From: Herbinix sp.
GTDB taxonomy: Bacteria > Bacillota > Clostridia > Lachnospirales > Lachnospiraceae
Length of the DNA stretch: 64,000 nucleotides
Assembly: GCA_029239235.1 (NCBI GenBank)
Contig: JAQZBD010000010.1
Coordinates: 3,716-67,715 of the forward strand
Direction: 5' to 3'
A model generated the notes under the pieces. It was given only the letters and a program-made list of their open reading frames with translations, was not told the DNA's origin and did not search any database. This document shows, piece by piece, positions 17,767-27,274 of this stretch; positions within the stretch are counted from its first letter, which is position 1, and each line of letters opens with the position of its first letter. The position numbers and the translations under genes are program-made.

Positions 17767-18945
17767 TCACTCTTCGGCAATAAAGCTATTCTCCATTGTA
17801 ATAATACACTGGTGCCTGGAATCTTCCTTACGCAACTCATCTACAATGCTGGAGAGAAGCTTTTGCTTCATATCCTTTGAATAAGAATACGGTACTACGA
17901 GATCAAAGATTAAGTTAATCTGATGCTCACCATTGACCAGGCGAAAGTCATGGATCGTAGCCTTAGGCTCCAAGGCTCTGATAACCTCCAGCACGTTACT
18001 CTTCTTACGATCTACCATCTCATTATTCACTTCAATAGGATCCATATGGATGACCAGAAAGATATCCGTCTGCTTTCGCACATCTCGCTCAATTCGATCT
18101 ATGGTTTCATGAGCTGTTTCAAAATTAATATTATTCGGTACCTCAGCATGGATGGTTGCCATTCGGTGGGTGGGTCCGTAGTTATGAATAATCAAATCAT
18201 GGGTACCGACAATTCCTTCATAGCTTTGCACCATCTTTGTGACCTTTTCATACTGATCACGGTCAATTGCTTCCCCTAGCAAGGGCTCCAAAGTATCCTT
18301 CGCAATATTAAAGCCCGCCAGCATAACGAAGATAGATACTAAAAGACCGATATATCCATCGATATTTAATCCGGTAACTCCGGAGATAATCGCTGAAATA
18401 ATCGTTGCCAAGGTAACAATAACATCATTTCTTGAATCTGCAGATGTTGCTATCATCACCGTTGATTTAATTCTCTTCCCCAGCTTACGGTTAAATAGCA
18501 TCAGCCATACCTTTATTAACACCGATACACACAAAAAGATAATCAGGATCAGGTTAAATTCAATTGCTTCCGGATGAAGCACCTTATCGATAGCACTTTT
18601 AAATAATGTGAAACCCACCTGTAATATCAGAAAGGCAACTGCCAGTGCCGAGATATATTCAAATCTTCCATGTCCAAAAGGGTGCTCCTGATCCGCCGGT
18701 CTCTCTGCCAGCTTCACGCCGATGAAGCTAATAATTGAAGATGCCGCATCGGATAGGTTATTAAAGGCATCGGCCATAATTGATATACTATTAATTACTA
18801 TCCCGATTGTCATCTTAACAGCAAATAATATTACATTACAGAAGATTCCGACGATGCTTGATAAGATGCCATAGCTGGTTCTCACCTTGCGGTTTTCTAC
18901 ATTTTTATAATCCTTAACAAATCGCTTTACTAGAAATTCTGTCAA
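17767..18945 (-). CDS. cation diffusion facilitator (CDF) family metal efflux transporter
   Basis: A 392-aa ORF with six TM segments, the characteristic SIMADAFNNLSDAASS and HPFGHGRFE motifs, and a C-terminal cytoplasmic domain. TTG start. Confidence 0.88.
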   Translation of the reverse strand: MTEFLVKRFVKDYKNVENRKVRTSYGILSSIVGIFCNVILFAVKMTIGIVINSISIMADAFNNLSDAASSIISFIGVKLAERPADQEHPFGHGRFEYISALAVAFLILQVGFTLFKSAIDKVLHPEAIEFNLILIIFLCVSVLIKVWLMLFNRKLGKRIKSTVMIATSADSRNDVIVTLATIISAIISGVTGLNIDGYIGLLVSIFVMLAGFNIAKDTLEPLLGEAIDRDQYEKVTKMVQSYEGIVGTHDLIIHNYGPTHRMATIHAEVPNNINFETAHETIDRIERDVRKQTDIFLVIHMDPIEVNNEMVDRKKSNVLEVIRALEPKATIHDFRLVNGEHQINLIFDLVVPYSYSKDMKQKLLSSIVDELRKEDSRHQCIITMENSFIAEE

Positions 18946-19193
18946 TTAACTTATGCTCCTTCCTTGCTCTTCCTGTATCCTCATAACGGAAAATACTGGC
19001 ATATACTCATTTTAACATAATCTAAAAACAAATCAACGGCAAAGTAAATACCATCTATAAAATAATGGGCGTTCTTATACAGCTTCACTTACTATGAATG
19101 AAAATATTTTATCAATAAGCAGGATCCCCTTGTTTTGAGACGACAAATATAGCATAATAGTATTACACTACACTAAAACAGGAGGGGATTTTT

Positions 19194-21041
19194 ATGAAAC
19201 TCGCGATCCTCCATTTTCGAAGAAAATTACGTTTCCAAAGCAGTCCAATGTTTCTGATAGATACCTTTTATAATCTAATACTGATTCTGCTCATAATGCC
19301 TCTGTTTAATGCAGCCTTCAAACTAGTTTTAATGACCTCGAAACAAAGTTATATTACCTCTCAGAATATTACCAGCTTTTTAAAATCTCCTTCCGCCTGG
19401 GTCTTTGTTCTGACTTTATTAATTACGCTTGCACTTTTTCTGTTTACAAAAGTATCCTCGTTAACTTATTACTGCAATACAGAGGGCATGATAAAGCTTT
19501 CTAGGATACATCACATTCTGACCTTTGGATTAAAAAATGTGTATCGCAACTTGAGAAAGGGCAATATAGCGCTTTTATTCTTTACTCTACCTTTTTATAT
19601 TTATACCTGTCTACCGTTAATCATAGGCGTTATGATACAATTTGATATTGGGCATCTGCGTAATTCTCAGGCGCTGCTGTATAAAGGTACTCTGATTCTT
19701 GGTTTTCTTCTAATCAGTTTCTTTTGTATACCCGGCGTTTTTGCATTAAATTATTGCATCAAGGAAGGCTGTCGTTTTATCGATGGATTACAGAAGGTAA
19801 GGTCTGCCCTAAAGGGTAATTATAAAAAGATTTTATTTTCCTACCTCAGAAGTAATTTGATTCTTTTTATTGCTTACCTTTTATTTTATTATACACTGTT
19901 ATTCCTGGTCTCCTTCGTCGTCTATTTGTTTTCTGCCAGGGTGTTAGCAGTGGCTGTTTTTCTTACGACTTATCCGGTTATAAATCTTTATGCAACCTTA
20001 TTATTTAGCATGATTACTTTTGTCTATAATGTAAACTTAAGCACCACACAATTCCATGATTATATGGAGATTGCCGGCCATGGTACACTTGATGAGATAA
20101 AAATCCCCTCCCGACCACGCCAATCCAGAACAAAGAGGCAGCTTATACTACTCAACACTACCTTTATTTGTTTATTTTTAGCAAGCCTATTAAACTTCTA
20201 CCTAACCCTTCATAATAGCTCTCTTGCCATTAGTGATGCCTTTCAGGGAACCCAAATTTCATCCCATCGAGGCAACTCACACATTGCACCGGAAAATACC
20301 ATACCCGCATTGGAACAAGCCATTATTGCCGAATCCGACTATGCTGAAATCGATATCAGGCAGACAAAGGATCATATTCTAGTTCTGATGCATGATTCAA
20401 ACTTAAAGCGTACCTCCGGAGTGAATCAATATCTCAGTAATATGACTTATACCCAGTTAAATGAGCTGGATGTCGGCTCTTGGTTCGGTAAGGATTTTCT
20501 TAACACAAAAATCCCCACCTTGGAGGAAACCTTAGAACACTGCAAAGGGCGAATTAAATTAAATATAGAGCTAAAGATAAGCGGAGCAGAGACAGACGTG
20601 GAGCAGCAGCTGGTTGACTTAATTGTTAAATATAATTTTGAGGATCAATGCGTGATATCCTCTTCTAAATATTCTTCATTAATTAAGATAAAAGAAATCA
20701 ACCAGAACATTAAGACCGGATATATTCTATCCGCTGTCTACGGTAATTTCTATAGTACAGAATATCTTGATTTTTTTAGTATTCGTTCCAACTATATTAA
20801 TAAGAGTGTCGTTGACAATGTACATGCCGCCGGTAAGGAAATCTATGCCTGGACCGTGAATAACACCAGTGAGCTGCTGCGCATGAAGTCCCTTGGTGTT
20901 GACTGTATTATCACTGATAATCCAACCCATGCAAGAGAAATCATTTACCGAGACAATACAAACGCCACCTTTATCCAACTGATTAAACAAATGTTTAACA
21001 CCCGTTCCAATTACCAGGCAACCCAATTTATTAAATATTGA
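19194..21041 (+). CDS. membrane-anchored glycerophosphodiester phosphodiesterase (GDPD) family protein
   Basis: A ~340-aa polytopic N-terminal domain followed by a GDPD catalytic domain (SSHRGNSHIAPENTIPALEQA, AEIDIRQTKDHILVLMHD, IKLNIELK, IYAWTVN). AGGAGGGG SD. Confidence 0.88.
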   Translation: MKLAILHFRRKLRFQSSPMFLIDTFYNLILILLIMPLFNAAFKLVLMTSKQSYITSQNITSFLKSPSAWVFVLTLLITLALFLFTKVSSLTYYCNTEGMIKLSRIHHILTFGLKNVYRNLRKGNIALLFFTLPFYIYTCLPLIIGVMIQFDIGHLRNSQALLYKGTLILGFLLISFFCIPGVFALNYCIKEGCRFIDGLQKVRSALKGNYKKILFSYLRSNLILFIAYLLFYYTLLFLVSFVVYLFSARVLAVAVFLTTYPVINLYATLLFSMITFVYNVNLSTTQFHDYMEIAGHGTLDEIKIPSRPRQSRTKRQLILLNTTFICLFLASLLNFYLTLHNSSLAISDAFQGTQISSHRGNSHIAPENTIPALEQAIIAESDYAEIDIRQTKDHILVLMHDSNLKRTSGVNQYLSNMTYTQLNELDVGSWFGKDFLNTKIPTLEETLEHCKGRIKLNIELKISGAETDVEQQLVDLIVKYNFEDQCVISSSKYSSLIKIKEINQNIKTGYILSAVYGNFYSTEYLDFFSIRSNYINKSVVDNVHAAGKEIYAWTVNNTSELLRMKSLGVDCIITDNPTHAREIIYRDNTNATFIQLIKQMFNTRSNYQATQFIKY

Positions 21042-21140
21042 CCTACTTTGGCAAATGGCCTATCTACCAGCGTATATGTTGAACAACTAGGTGGGCATAG
21101 ACAGGTAAGTGGGTAAGTGGCTGCTTTTTTGCCAAAATAG

Positions 21141-21194
21141 AAAGTGCTGCATCAATATGGAGAACCTTTCGGACTCCTTTTGAAACAGCACTTT
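21141..21194. terminator. Hairpin between convergent GDPD and alcohol dehydrogenase genes
   Basis: aaagtgctg (21141-21149) pairs with cagcacttt (21186-21194). Both flanks are T-rich or A-rich. Confidence 0.5.
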
Positions 21195-21198
21195 AATT

Positions 21199-22368
21199 TT
21201 ATAATGCTAATCGATAGATTTGTTCTGCTTCCCAGCTTGATATCTTCATAAAGCTTCCGATGGCATATTGTTCACCAACACCAAGCTTTTTCACCATTTC
21301 AGGAATATCCTCTTCTTTCGCTCCAAGTTCACCAAAAGTGATGGGCATACCGATGGAGGTCAAGAACTGCTTAAAGCGCTGAATTCCTTTTCTTGCAGTT
21401 TCCTCCGGATTAGCAAAATTCATATCAATCCCCCAAACTCTAACTGCGATCTGAGCAAAGCGGTTGATGTCGTGCTTTAATACATATGTCATCCAGGCCG
21501 GGAAGATTACTGCAAGTCCAGCTCCGTGTGCTACATCATACAGTGCGGATAATTCATGCTCCAGCACATGGCTTGTCCAATCCTGTTCTCGTCCGACTCC
21601 CACCAGATTGTTATGGGCTACCATGCCCGCCCACATAATATTTGCACGGGCCTCATAGTTATTAGGGTCTTCAATTACTCTTGGAACCTCTTTCACCATG
21701 GTTAACAGGATTGCTTCACATAAACGATCCGTAACCTCTACTTCCTTTGTATTTGTAAAATACCGTTCAAATACATGAGCCATAATATCAGTTGCTCCTG
21801 CTGCCGTCTGATAGGCAGGCAAGGTCTGTGTCAGCTCCGGATTCAGAATTGAGAATACAGGTCTTATCGCTTCTCCGCTGGCGCCTCGTTTTAACATTCC
21901 TTTTTCTAAGGTAATTACAGAATCCCCAGAACCTTCACTTCCAGCTGCTGCAATTGTTAAGATCGTCCCTACTTTGAGTGCCTGTTCAATAGGCTTACCT
22001 TCGTAATAATCCCAAAAGTCTCCTTCGTACACGGCACCTGCTGCAATTGCCTTTGCAGAGTCAATGGCACTTCCTCCGCCAACTGCAAGAACGAAATCAA
22101 TTCCTTCCTTTCTGCAGATATCAATTCCCTCATAAACCAAACCGCTTCTTGGATTAGGCAGTACTCCTCCAAGCTCAACATATTCTATCTTTTCTTCCTC
22201 CAGAGAGGTCTTTACTTTATCCAATAAACCGGAACGAACTACAGAGCCTCCGCCATAGTGGATCAGTACCTTTGTTCCTCCAAAGCGTTTCACATAATGC
22301 CCTGCTTCTTTCTCTGTATCCTTGCCAAAGGCAAAATAAGTGGGACTATAAAAAGTAAAATTCTTCAT
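21199..22368 (-). CDS. iron-containing (group III) alcohol dehydrogenase, butanol-dehydrogenase/YqhD-like
   Basis: A 389-aa ORF with GGGSVVRSG and AVGGGSAIDSAKAIA nucleotide-binding motifs and the His-rich metal site region HVLEHELSALYDVAHGAGLA. Confidence 0.9.
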   Translation of the reverse strand: MKNFTFYSPTYFAFGKDTEKEAGHYVKRFGGTKVLIHYGGGSVVRSGLLDKVKTSLEEEKIEYVELGGVLPNPRSGLVYEGIDICRKEGIDFVLAVGGGSAIDSAKAIAAGAVYEGDFWDYYEGKPIEQALKVGTILTIAAAGSEGSGDSVITLEKGMLKRGASGEAIRPVFSILNPELTQTLPAYQTAAGATDIMAHVFERYFTNTKEVEVTDRLCEAILLTMVKEVPRVIEDPNNYEARANIMWAGMVAHNNLVGVGREQDWTSHVLEHELSALYDVAHGAGLAVIFPAWMTYVLKHDINRFAQIAVRVWGIDMNFANPEETARKGIQRFKQFLTSIGMPITFGELGAKEEDIPEMVKKLGVGEQYAIGSFMKISSWEAEQIYRLAL

Positions 22369-22591
22369 ACTGATATTAATTTCCTTTCCATATGTGTTTT
22401 AATTAATTCTTAGAATATAGTTTCAAACTATATATTTTTATTGTAGCCGATTTCCTAATATTTTTCTATGACAATCTGTTATATTTAGCCTCTTTTTCAA
22501 TCTTTTTCTAGGCATGCATAAACGATTTCTTGACCCATTGTAAAAATAATTAGAACCTGATTAAAACCGTATTAAATAAAGGTCAACTCTG

Positions 22592-22620
22592 TTGACATTG
22601 CCTCTGGATACCGTTATATT
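22592..22620 (+). promoter_or_regulatory. sigma-A type promoter upstream of the YbjQ-family gene
   Basis: TTGACA (22592-22597), a 17-nt spacer, then TATATT (22615-22620), about 35 nt before the GGAGG SD and ATG at 22656. Confidence 0.6.
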
Positions 22621-22655
22621 GAAGGAAACACATACACAGCTTATGGAGGATAAAT

Positions 22656-22976
22656 ATGATAATTACAACTACCCCTTCCGTTGAGGGAAGACAGATTTCA
22701 GACTATCTTGGTGTAGTATTTGGAGAGGTAATCTCCGGTGTTAATTTTATTAAGGATTTTACTGCTGGCTTATCCAACTTTTTTGGCGGACGTTCCGGCA
22801 CCTATGAAGAAGAATTAATTAACGCCAGAGAGCAGGCTTTACAGGAGATGCAGCAGAGAGCCTATCAAATGGGCGCTGATGCGGTTGTCGGTGTCGACAT
22901 AGATTATGAGGTTCTTGGAGCAGATAATGGAATGCTTATGGTGACTGTTTCCGGTACAGCAGTAAGACTTCGATAA
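22656..22976 (+). CDS. YbjQ family protein (UPF0145)
   Basis: A 106-aa [29 protein letters not shown] ... [24 protein letters not shown] is the typical YbjQ pattern. Confidence 0.85.
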   Translation: MIITTTPSVEGRQISDYLGVVFGEVISGVNFIKDFTAGLSNFFGGRSGTYEEELINAREQALQEMQQRAYQMGADAVVGVDIDYEVLGADNGMLMVTVSGTAVRLR

Positions 22977-23013
22977 ACGAGCCGAAAAATCAAGTAAAAA
23001 CTTATTAAAACTC

Positions 23014-23062
23014 AAAAAGTAGCTGTATGCCAACTTATGATTGGATCGTACAGCTACTTTTT
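23014..23062. terminator. Bidirectional terminator between the YbjQ gene (+) and a CPBP gene (-)
   Basis: aaaaagtagctgta (23014-23027) pairs with tacagctacttttt (23049-23062). Confidence 0.7.
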
Positions 23063-23078
23063 ACTAATTCCCTTCTCT

Positions 23079-24062
23079 TTAGCTTACTGTCACATAAATG
23101 ATCATAACTAAGCAGCTCAAAAAATAGAGAATCATACCCGGGTTAAAGAAAAAAGAAGCTGTCTTCATGACCGGCTGATATTTTTCTAACTTTAGCTTTT
23201 TGAAATTTAAGATTGAGAAAACAACTCCCAATGTTATTGCAGTAATTATCCATAAAAAGATTAGACCTATAAAAATAAATTTCCCATTCGTAAGCACCGG
23301 TGCCATTATGGATGAACTAAAATTAATCATCATATGAAGTAATATGGCATACTTAATCGTATTTGTCTTTAATACTACATAGGCGAAGATAAAGCCCAGA
23401 ACCGATGCATAAAAGAATTGCGACAGGTTCATATGGAATAATCCAAAGGCAACGCCTGTAATTAGAATCGCCGGTTTTTCACCAAAACGGCGTACCTTGT
23501 CAAGCAGCAGCTTTCTAAATATTAACTCCTCAATAATGGGAGCAACGACTGCTGCATATAATAAGGTTATAAAGAAGTTACCTCCAAGTATGGCATCTGC
23601 AACTGGATTAACTAACTCCTCTCCTTTGATTAATGATATCAGTACGGTTAAAACAGTACTAAGTAAGTTTGTAAAATACATAGCCATATAGCTGATGAAG
23701 AATATCATTAGGAATCTTGAGGGCTTTAATTTTACCACCTCACCCTTTGGAGAATCCGGTATTTTACGCATCAGCACATGATAAACCGGAAACCCTATTC
23801 CCACAATCGAGATTGCAGTTAATGCCCATACATACCAATTCGTATCTACGATCTGAGGCGCTGTACTTCTTACAAGGACATCCAGAAGAGTCTGCACCCC
23901 CAGAACTACCAGAGACAAAATGAATAGGGAAAAGCCCGCACGGCTTACTATCTTTTTAGGTGCAATTCCAATCATTTGAAAATCATTATAGTTCCCTTCG
24001 TTAATCTGCTTCTCATAGCCCCCATTGGATGGCTCCTTATATTCTAGATTATCTTGCTCCAA
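23079..24062 (-). CDS. CPBP (CAAX/Abi) family intramembrane glutamic endopeptidase
   Basis: A polytopic 327-aa ORF with the three CPBP motifs: IIEELIFRKLL, FGLFH and HMMINF. TTG start with an AAGGGGGA SD. Confidence 0.85.
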   Translation of the reverse strand: MEQDNLEYKEPSNGGYEKQINEGNYNDFQMIGIAPKKIVSRAGFSLFILSLVVLGVQTLLDVLVRSTAPQIVDTNWYVWALTAISIVGIGFPVYHVLMRKIPDSPKGEVVKLKPSRFLMIFFISYMAMYFTNLLSTVLTVLISLIKGEELVNPVADAILGGNFFITLLYAAVVAPIIEELIFRKLLLDKVRRFGEKPAILITGVAFGLFHMNLSQFFYASVLGFIFAYVVLKTNTIKYAILLHMMINFSSSIMAPVLTNGKFIFIGLIFLWIITAITLGVVFSILNFKKLKLEKYQPVMKTASFFFNPGMILYFLSCLVMIIYVTVS

Positions 24063-24088
24063 GCCAAAGTCCCCCTTTTGTTCTATAT

Positions 24089-25300
24089 TTACTCAAGTCC
24101 ATATTTTAATAACGTGATTGCGTCTTCCCATCTACCTGCTGAAGTTGAATCTAAGATAGCGCAAACCACCTTACGCCCCCCTTCTTCTGCTGCAGCAACT
24201 AAACATCTGCCGGCTAAAGAGCTTGTTCCCGTCTTTAAACCGATTGCATTTGAATAAAATTGACCGCTGTACTGGGTAATTAATTTATTCGTACTCTTCC
24301 AGGTTACATCCTCTCCACTAATGAAACGATTGCGTCCTGTACTTTTCTGTGTAATTTCTGTAATGGTACTATTTTTAGCTGCCGCTGCTCCAATTAAACA
24401 CATATCATAGGCAGTTGTATATTGCCCAATCGCATCATAGCCGTCGGGTGTCTTAAAGCAGGAGTTCTTCACCCCAAGACTGGCTGCTTCTTCATTCATA
24501 AGCTGAACAAATTCCGATACTGCCTGCTCTTTGGTTGCTTCAGGATTGTCCAAGGCTTTTCTTCCAACATAGGCTGCTATCGTATATGCAGCATCGTTTC
24601 CAGAGGGTAACAGCAATCCTTCTAATAAATTATGAAGGGTAAGAACTTCTCCTTCCTCCAAATAAGCTCTTGTAGAGTCTGACGCGATCATGGTTATCTC
24701 ATCGCCCACTGCCACTTGCTCCTCCAACTCACACCAGCTTAGCGCTACCAGTGTGGTTAATAATTTTGCGGTACTTGCAGGAAACTTAGCTTTTACTGCA
24801 TTTTTATAGTACAATACCTCTAAGGTTTCTGCATCCATTAAAATAGCGGCCTCCGCATCAATGGATAAGCTTGGATTATCGATATCCAATGCTGCCTCCA
24901 GTTGACTGTCTAATTTCATATCAGGAATATAGGATTGGTAGTCCACCAAACTACTATCAACGATTAATTCCGGTGCTTCCACAGGATTCATCGCTGTACT
25001 GAAGGTGTTTTCCTCTTCCGTTGCTATCTCAGAACTTGGTTGGTTTGAATTTTCGGAAGCTATTTCAGAAGAGCTATCCTTTGTTATATCCAAAGAATCT
25101 TCTTGCGACACATCTGAATCAGCAGAATCTGCAATCTCTGTCAATGCCTCCGCTGAATCAAGCACATCTACGTTACTTTCGTTTGTATAATCTTTTGTAT
25201 CGGTATGGTCTTGTAATGACAAATAATGTGCACTCATGAATAAGACTGCTGTAACCACTACGGCAAATAGAATTAACCCCAGTAAACTCTTCTTGTTCAT
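24089..25300 (-). CDS. D-alanyl-D-alanine carboxypeptidase (S11, PBP5-like) with an acidic Ser/Asp/Glu-rich linker
   Basis: N-terminal signal/TM segment and active-site motifs ASTAKLLT (SxxK), LPSGND (SxN) and KTGT. The ATG at 25300 is better spaced from GGAG than the TTG at 25303. Confidence 0.88.
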   Translation of the reverse strand: MNKKSLLGLILFAVVVTAVLFMSAHYLSLQDHTDTKDYTNESNVDVLDSAEALTEIADSADSDVSQEDSLDITKDSSSEIASENSNQPSSEIATEEENTFSTAMNPVEAPELIVDSSLVDYQSYIPDMKLDSQLEAALDIDNPSLSIDAEAAILMDAETLEVLYYKNAVKAKFPASTAKLLTTLVALSWCELEEQVAVGDEITMIASDSTRAYLEEGEVLTLHNLLEGLLLPSGNDAAYTIAAYVGRKALDNPEATKEQAVSEFVQLMNEEAASLGVKNSCFKTPDGYDAIGQYTTAYDMCLIGAAAAKNSTITEITQKSTGRNRFISGEDVTWKSTNKLITQYSGQFYSNAIGLKTGTSSLAGRCLVAAAEEGGRKVVCAILDSTSAGRWEDAITLLKYGLE

Positions 25301-25392
25301 CAATTTCTCCGTTCCACCGCAGTTTAAGCGGCAATGCTACTCCTAATATTTAAAATACCTCATTTCATCTTCTTGATGGGCATGAGTGAAAT

Positions 25393-25420
25393 GGGGACGT
25401 TCGATTCCATTAACGTCCCC
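25393..25420. terminator. Hairpin downstream of the LiaF-like/DUF4097 pair
   Basis: ggggacgtt (25393-25401) pairs with aacgtcccc (25412-25420). A T-rich tail is on the plus side only, so the orientation is ambiguous. Confidence 0.45.
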
Positions 25421-25506
25421 ACTACTTTTCTCTTATTTTAATATTTGTATTCAAAGATTGCAACATTTTTCATAACATTTTCTTATTAGAACGGATCCTT
25501 GATCTG

Positions 25507-26355
25507 CTATTGTGTGATCTCAATTGTAACATTTCCTACTCCGCCGTCGATATCAATCGAATTTGGTGAGTTATTGTTATTTTCATATTCACTGGAGATC
25601 TTCTCTCCGTTTAAGCGAATATTTCCTACCCCAGCGTCTACCTTAATATTATAATCATCCATATCTCCCGCCAGCTCTAAGGTAACATCTCCAACGCCGC
25701 AATCAAATTTGTTCTTACCAAGAAGGGTACCGTTAACGGTAAGGTTACCGACTCCACAATCAAAATCAGAATCCTCAAAGCTCACCTTCTCTAAATTCAC
25801 ATTACCAACACCACCATCTACCTTAACTTTCTCAGCAGCAATATTAGATCCATTGATATTACCGGCACCGGCTGATAACATCAAATATTGCGTTTGTACA
25901 CCATCAATATTGACATTTCCGGCACCTGAATCCAGTATTATATCTTCAGCAATAAAATCCTTTGGCAGATAAACAGTTATTTGTGAATTAGGATTATTAA
26001 TTCCATTAAAACGGAACCATAGGAATTTAATATTTTGACTATTGTCTAGGACTTTTAAGGTTCCTTCCTTTGTCAACTTAGCCTCAAAGTTTCTCGATAC
26101 ATTTTCTGCCTCCACCTTGAAGGAATCTCCCTCAAGTATTGTTAGCTTTCCGGTCGAATTATTTACCTCCAGGCTGCTTACATCTGTAAAAACCTCCGAG
26201 AAATCAATAGATTTTTCCTTATTCATTGACAAGCCACCGGATACAACTGAAGCTATAATCACCCCCACATTAATAATGGCTGATATGATTACGACTGCTA
26301 AGAAAATAGCAAATCCAATGGCTATATACTTAATGGTTCGTTGAAAGCTGTTCAT
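25507..26355 (-). CDS. DUF4097-type beta-strand-repeat protein (LiaG-like), membrane anchored
   Basis: N-terminal TM segment followed by repeated G(A/V)GN(I/V/L) units (SGAGNVNIDG, AGAGNINGS, GGVGNVNLE, CGVGNLTVNG, CGVGDVTLE, AGVGNIRLNG, GGVGNVTIE). It overlaps the upstream gene's stop by 4 nt. Confidence 0.8.
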   Translation of the reverse strand: MNSFQRTIKYIAIGFAIFLAVVIISAIINVGVIIASVVSGGLSMNKEKSIDFSEVFTDVSSLEVNNSTGKLTILEGDSFKVEAENVSRNFEAKLTKEGTLKVLDNSQNIKFLWFRFNGINNPNSQITVYLPKDFIAEDIILDSGAGNVNIDGVQTQYLMLSAGAGNINGSNIAAEKVKVDGGVGNVNLEKVSFEDSDFDCGVGNLTVNGTLLGKNKFDCGVGDVTLELAGDMDDYNIKVDAGVGNIRLNGEKISSEYENNNNSPNSIDIDGGVGNVTIEITQ

Positions 26356-27167
26356 TTGATATCAATCCCCCCAAACATGCAGGTGGAGTTAAGATAGATT
26401 GTCGGAGCTCCCGGCTGAGCATATTGATTCGACTTATTGCTTACACCACCAAAAATAGGTACGTTATTCACTTTTAGATTAACGCCTGCCGGAAGATAAA
26501 TGTCAATACCGCCAAAAATTGCAGTAGCATTTATTTCTACATCATTCGTAATCTGTGCGTCACGTAAGTCAAGAACCAAAGCACCAAAGATTGCATTTAA
26601 GACAGTACCCCCGAAGTAATCTGTAGCATGGATGCGGTTACTGCTAAAAGTAGCACTATAGTCTGATTTTGCCGCTCCGGTAAAGGTTTGACCATTCCCT
26701 CCCTGGAAGTCATTATTCTGATTCACAGATCTTGGTCCCTTCCGGAACATGTTTTGGAACATGATACGGATACCGATAAATACCAAGATCGCAGGAATGA
26801 TTAATTCCCAAACACTGAATCTTAGTTTCACATTGCAGGATACAAACAGAAGCACGCCAAAGATAAAGCCCATGGTAGAAGCAACTCCAAAACCACTCTG
26901 AATCATACTAATAAAGCAGGGTATAATAATGAAAAAGGTCCACCATCCATTAAAAAAAAGATTGAAGTCCCAAAGATTAAGAACATTTCCTGCTATTCCG
27001 ATGCCGACAATGACAAAAAACAGTCCCCATAAAGCATTTGTTAATTTATTTTTCATATCTCCTCCAATCCGGTGTCCGCATACTATCTTGTTAATCGAAC
27101 GCCGCAGCTTATGCTGATTCCCAGACACGTTGCCCAGGATAATATTTCTGTCATAATCATACTTCAT
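26352..27167 (-). CDS. LiaF-like (cell-wall-active antibiotic response, DUF2154-type) membrane protein
   Basis: Four TM segments followed by a C-terminal domain with IFGGIDIYLP / IFGGVSNK / MFGGIDIK repeats. There are two candidate starts. The ATG at 27167 has no SD, but it adds a PspC-like KLRRSINKIVCGHRIGG stretch. The ATG at 27056 is preceded by GGAGGAGAT. Confidence 0.75.
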   Translation of the reverse strand: MKYDYDRNIILGNVSGNQHKLRRSINKIVCGHRIGGDMKNKLTNALWGLFFVIVGIGIAGNVLNLWDFNLFFNGWWTFFIIIPCFISMIQSGFGVASTMGFIFGVLLFVSCNVKLRFSVWELIIPAILVFIGIRIMFQNMFRKGPRSVNQNNDFQGGNGQTFTGAAKSDYSATFSSNRIHATDYFGGTVLNAIFGALVLDLRDAQITNDVEINATAIFGGIDIYLPAGVNLKVNNVPIFGGVSNKSNQYAQPGAPTIYLNSTCMFGGIDIK

Positions 27168-27274
27168 GTTATACTTTTTCGCAATATCATAGCGGAAACT
27201 CTAATCTTATTTTAACTTTTCTCCTATTAGGAGACGCTAGTGTGGTGTTGTCTGCTTACGAGGGTGGTAGCACT

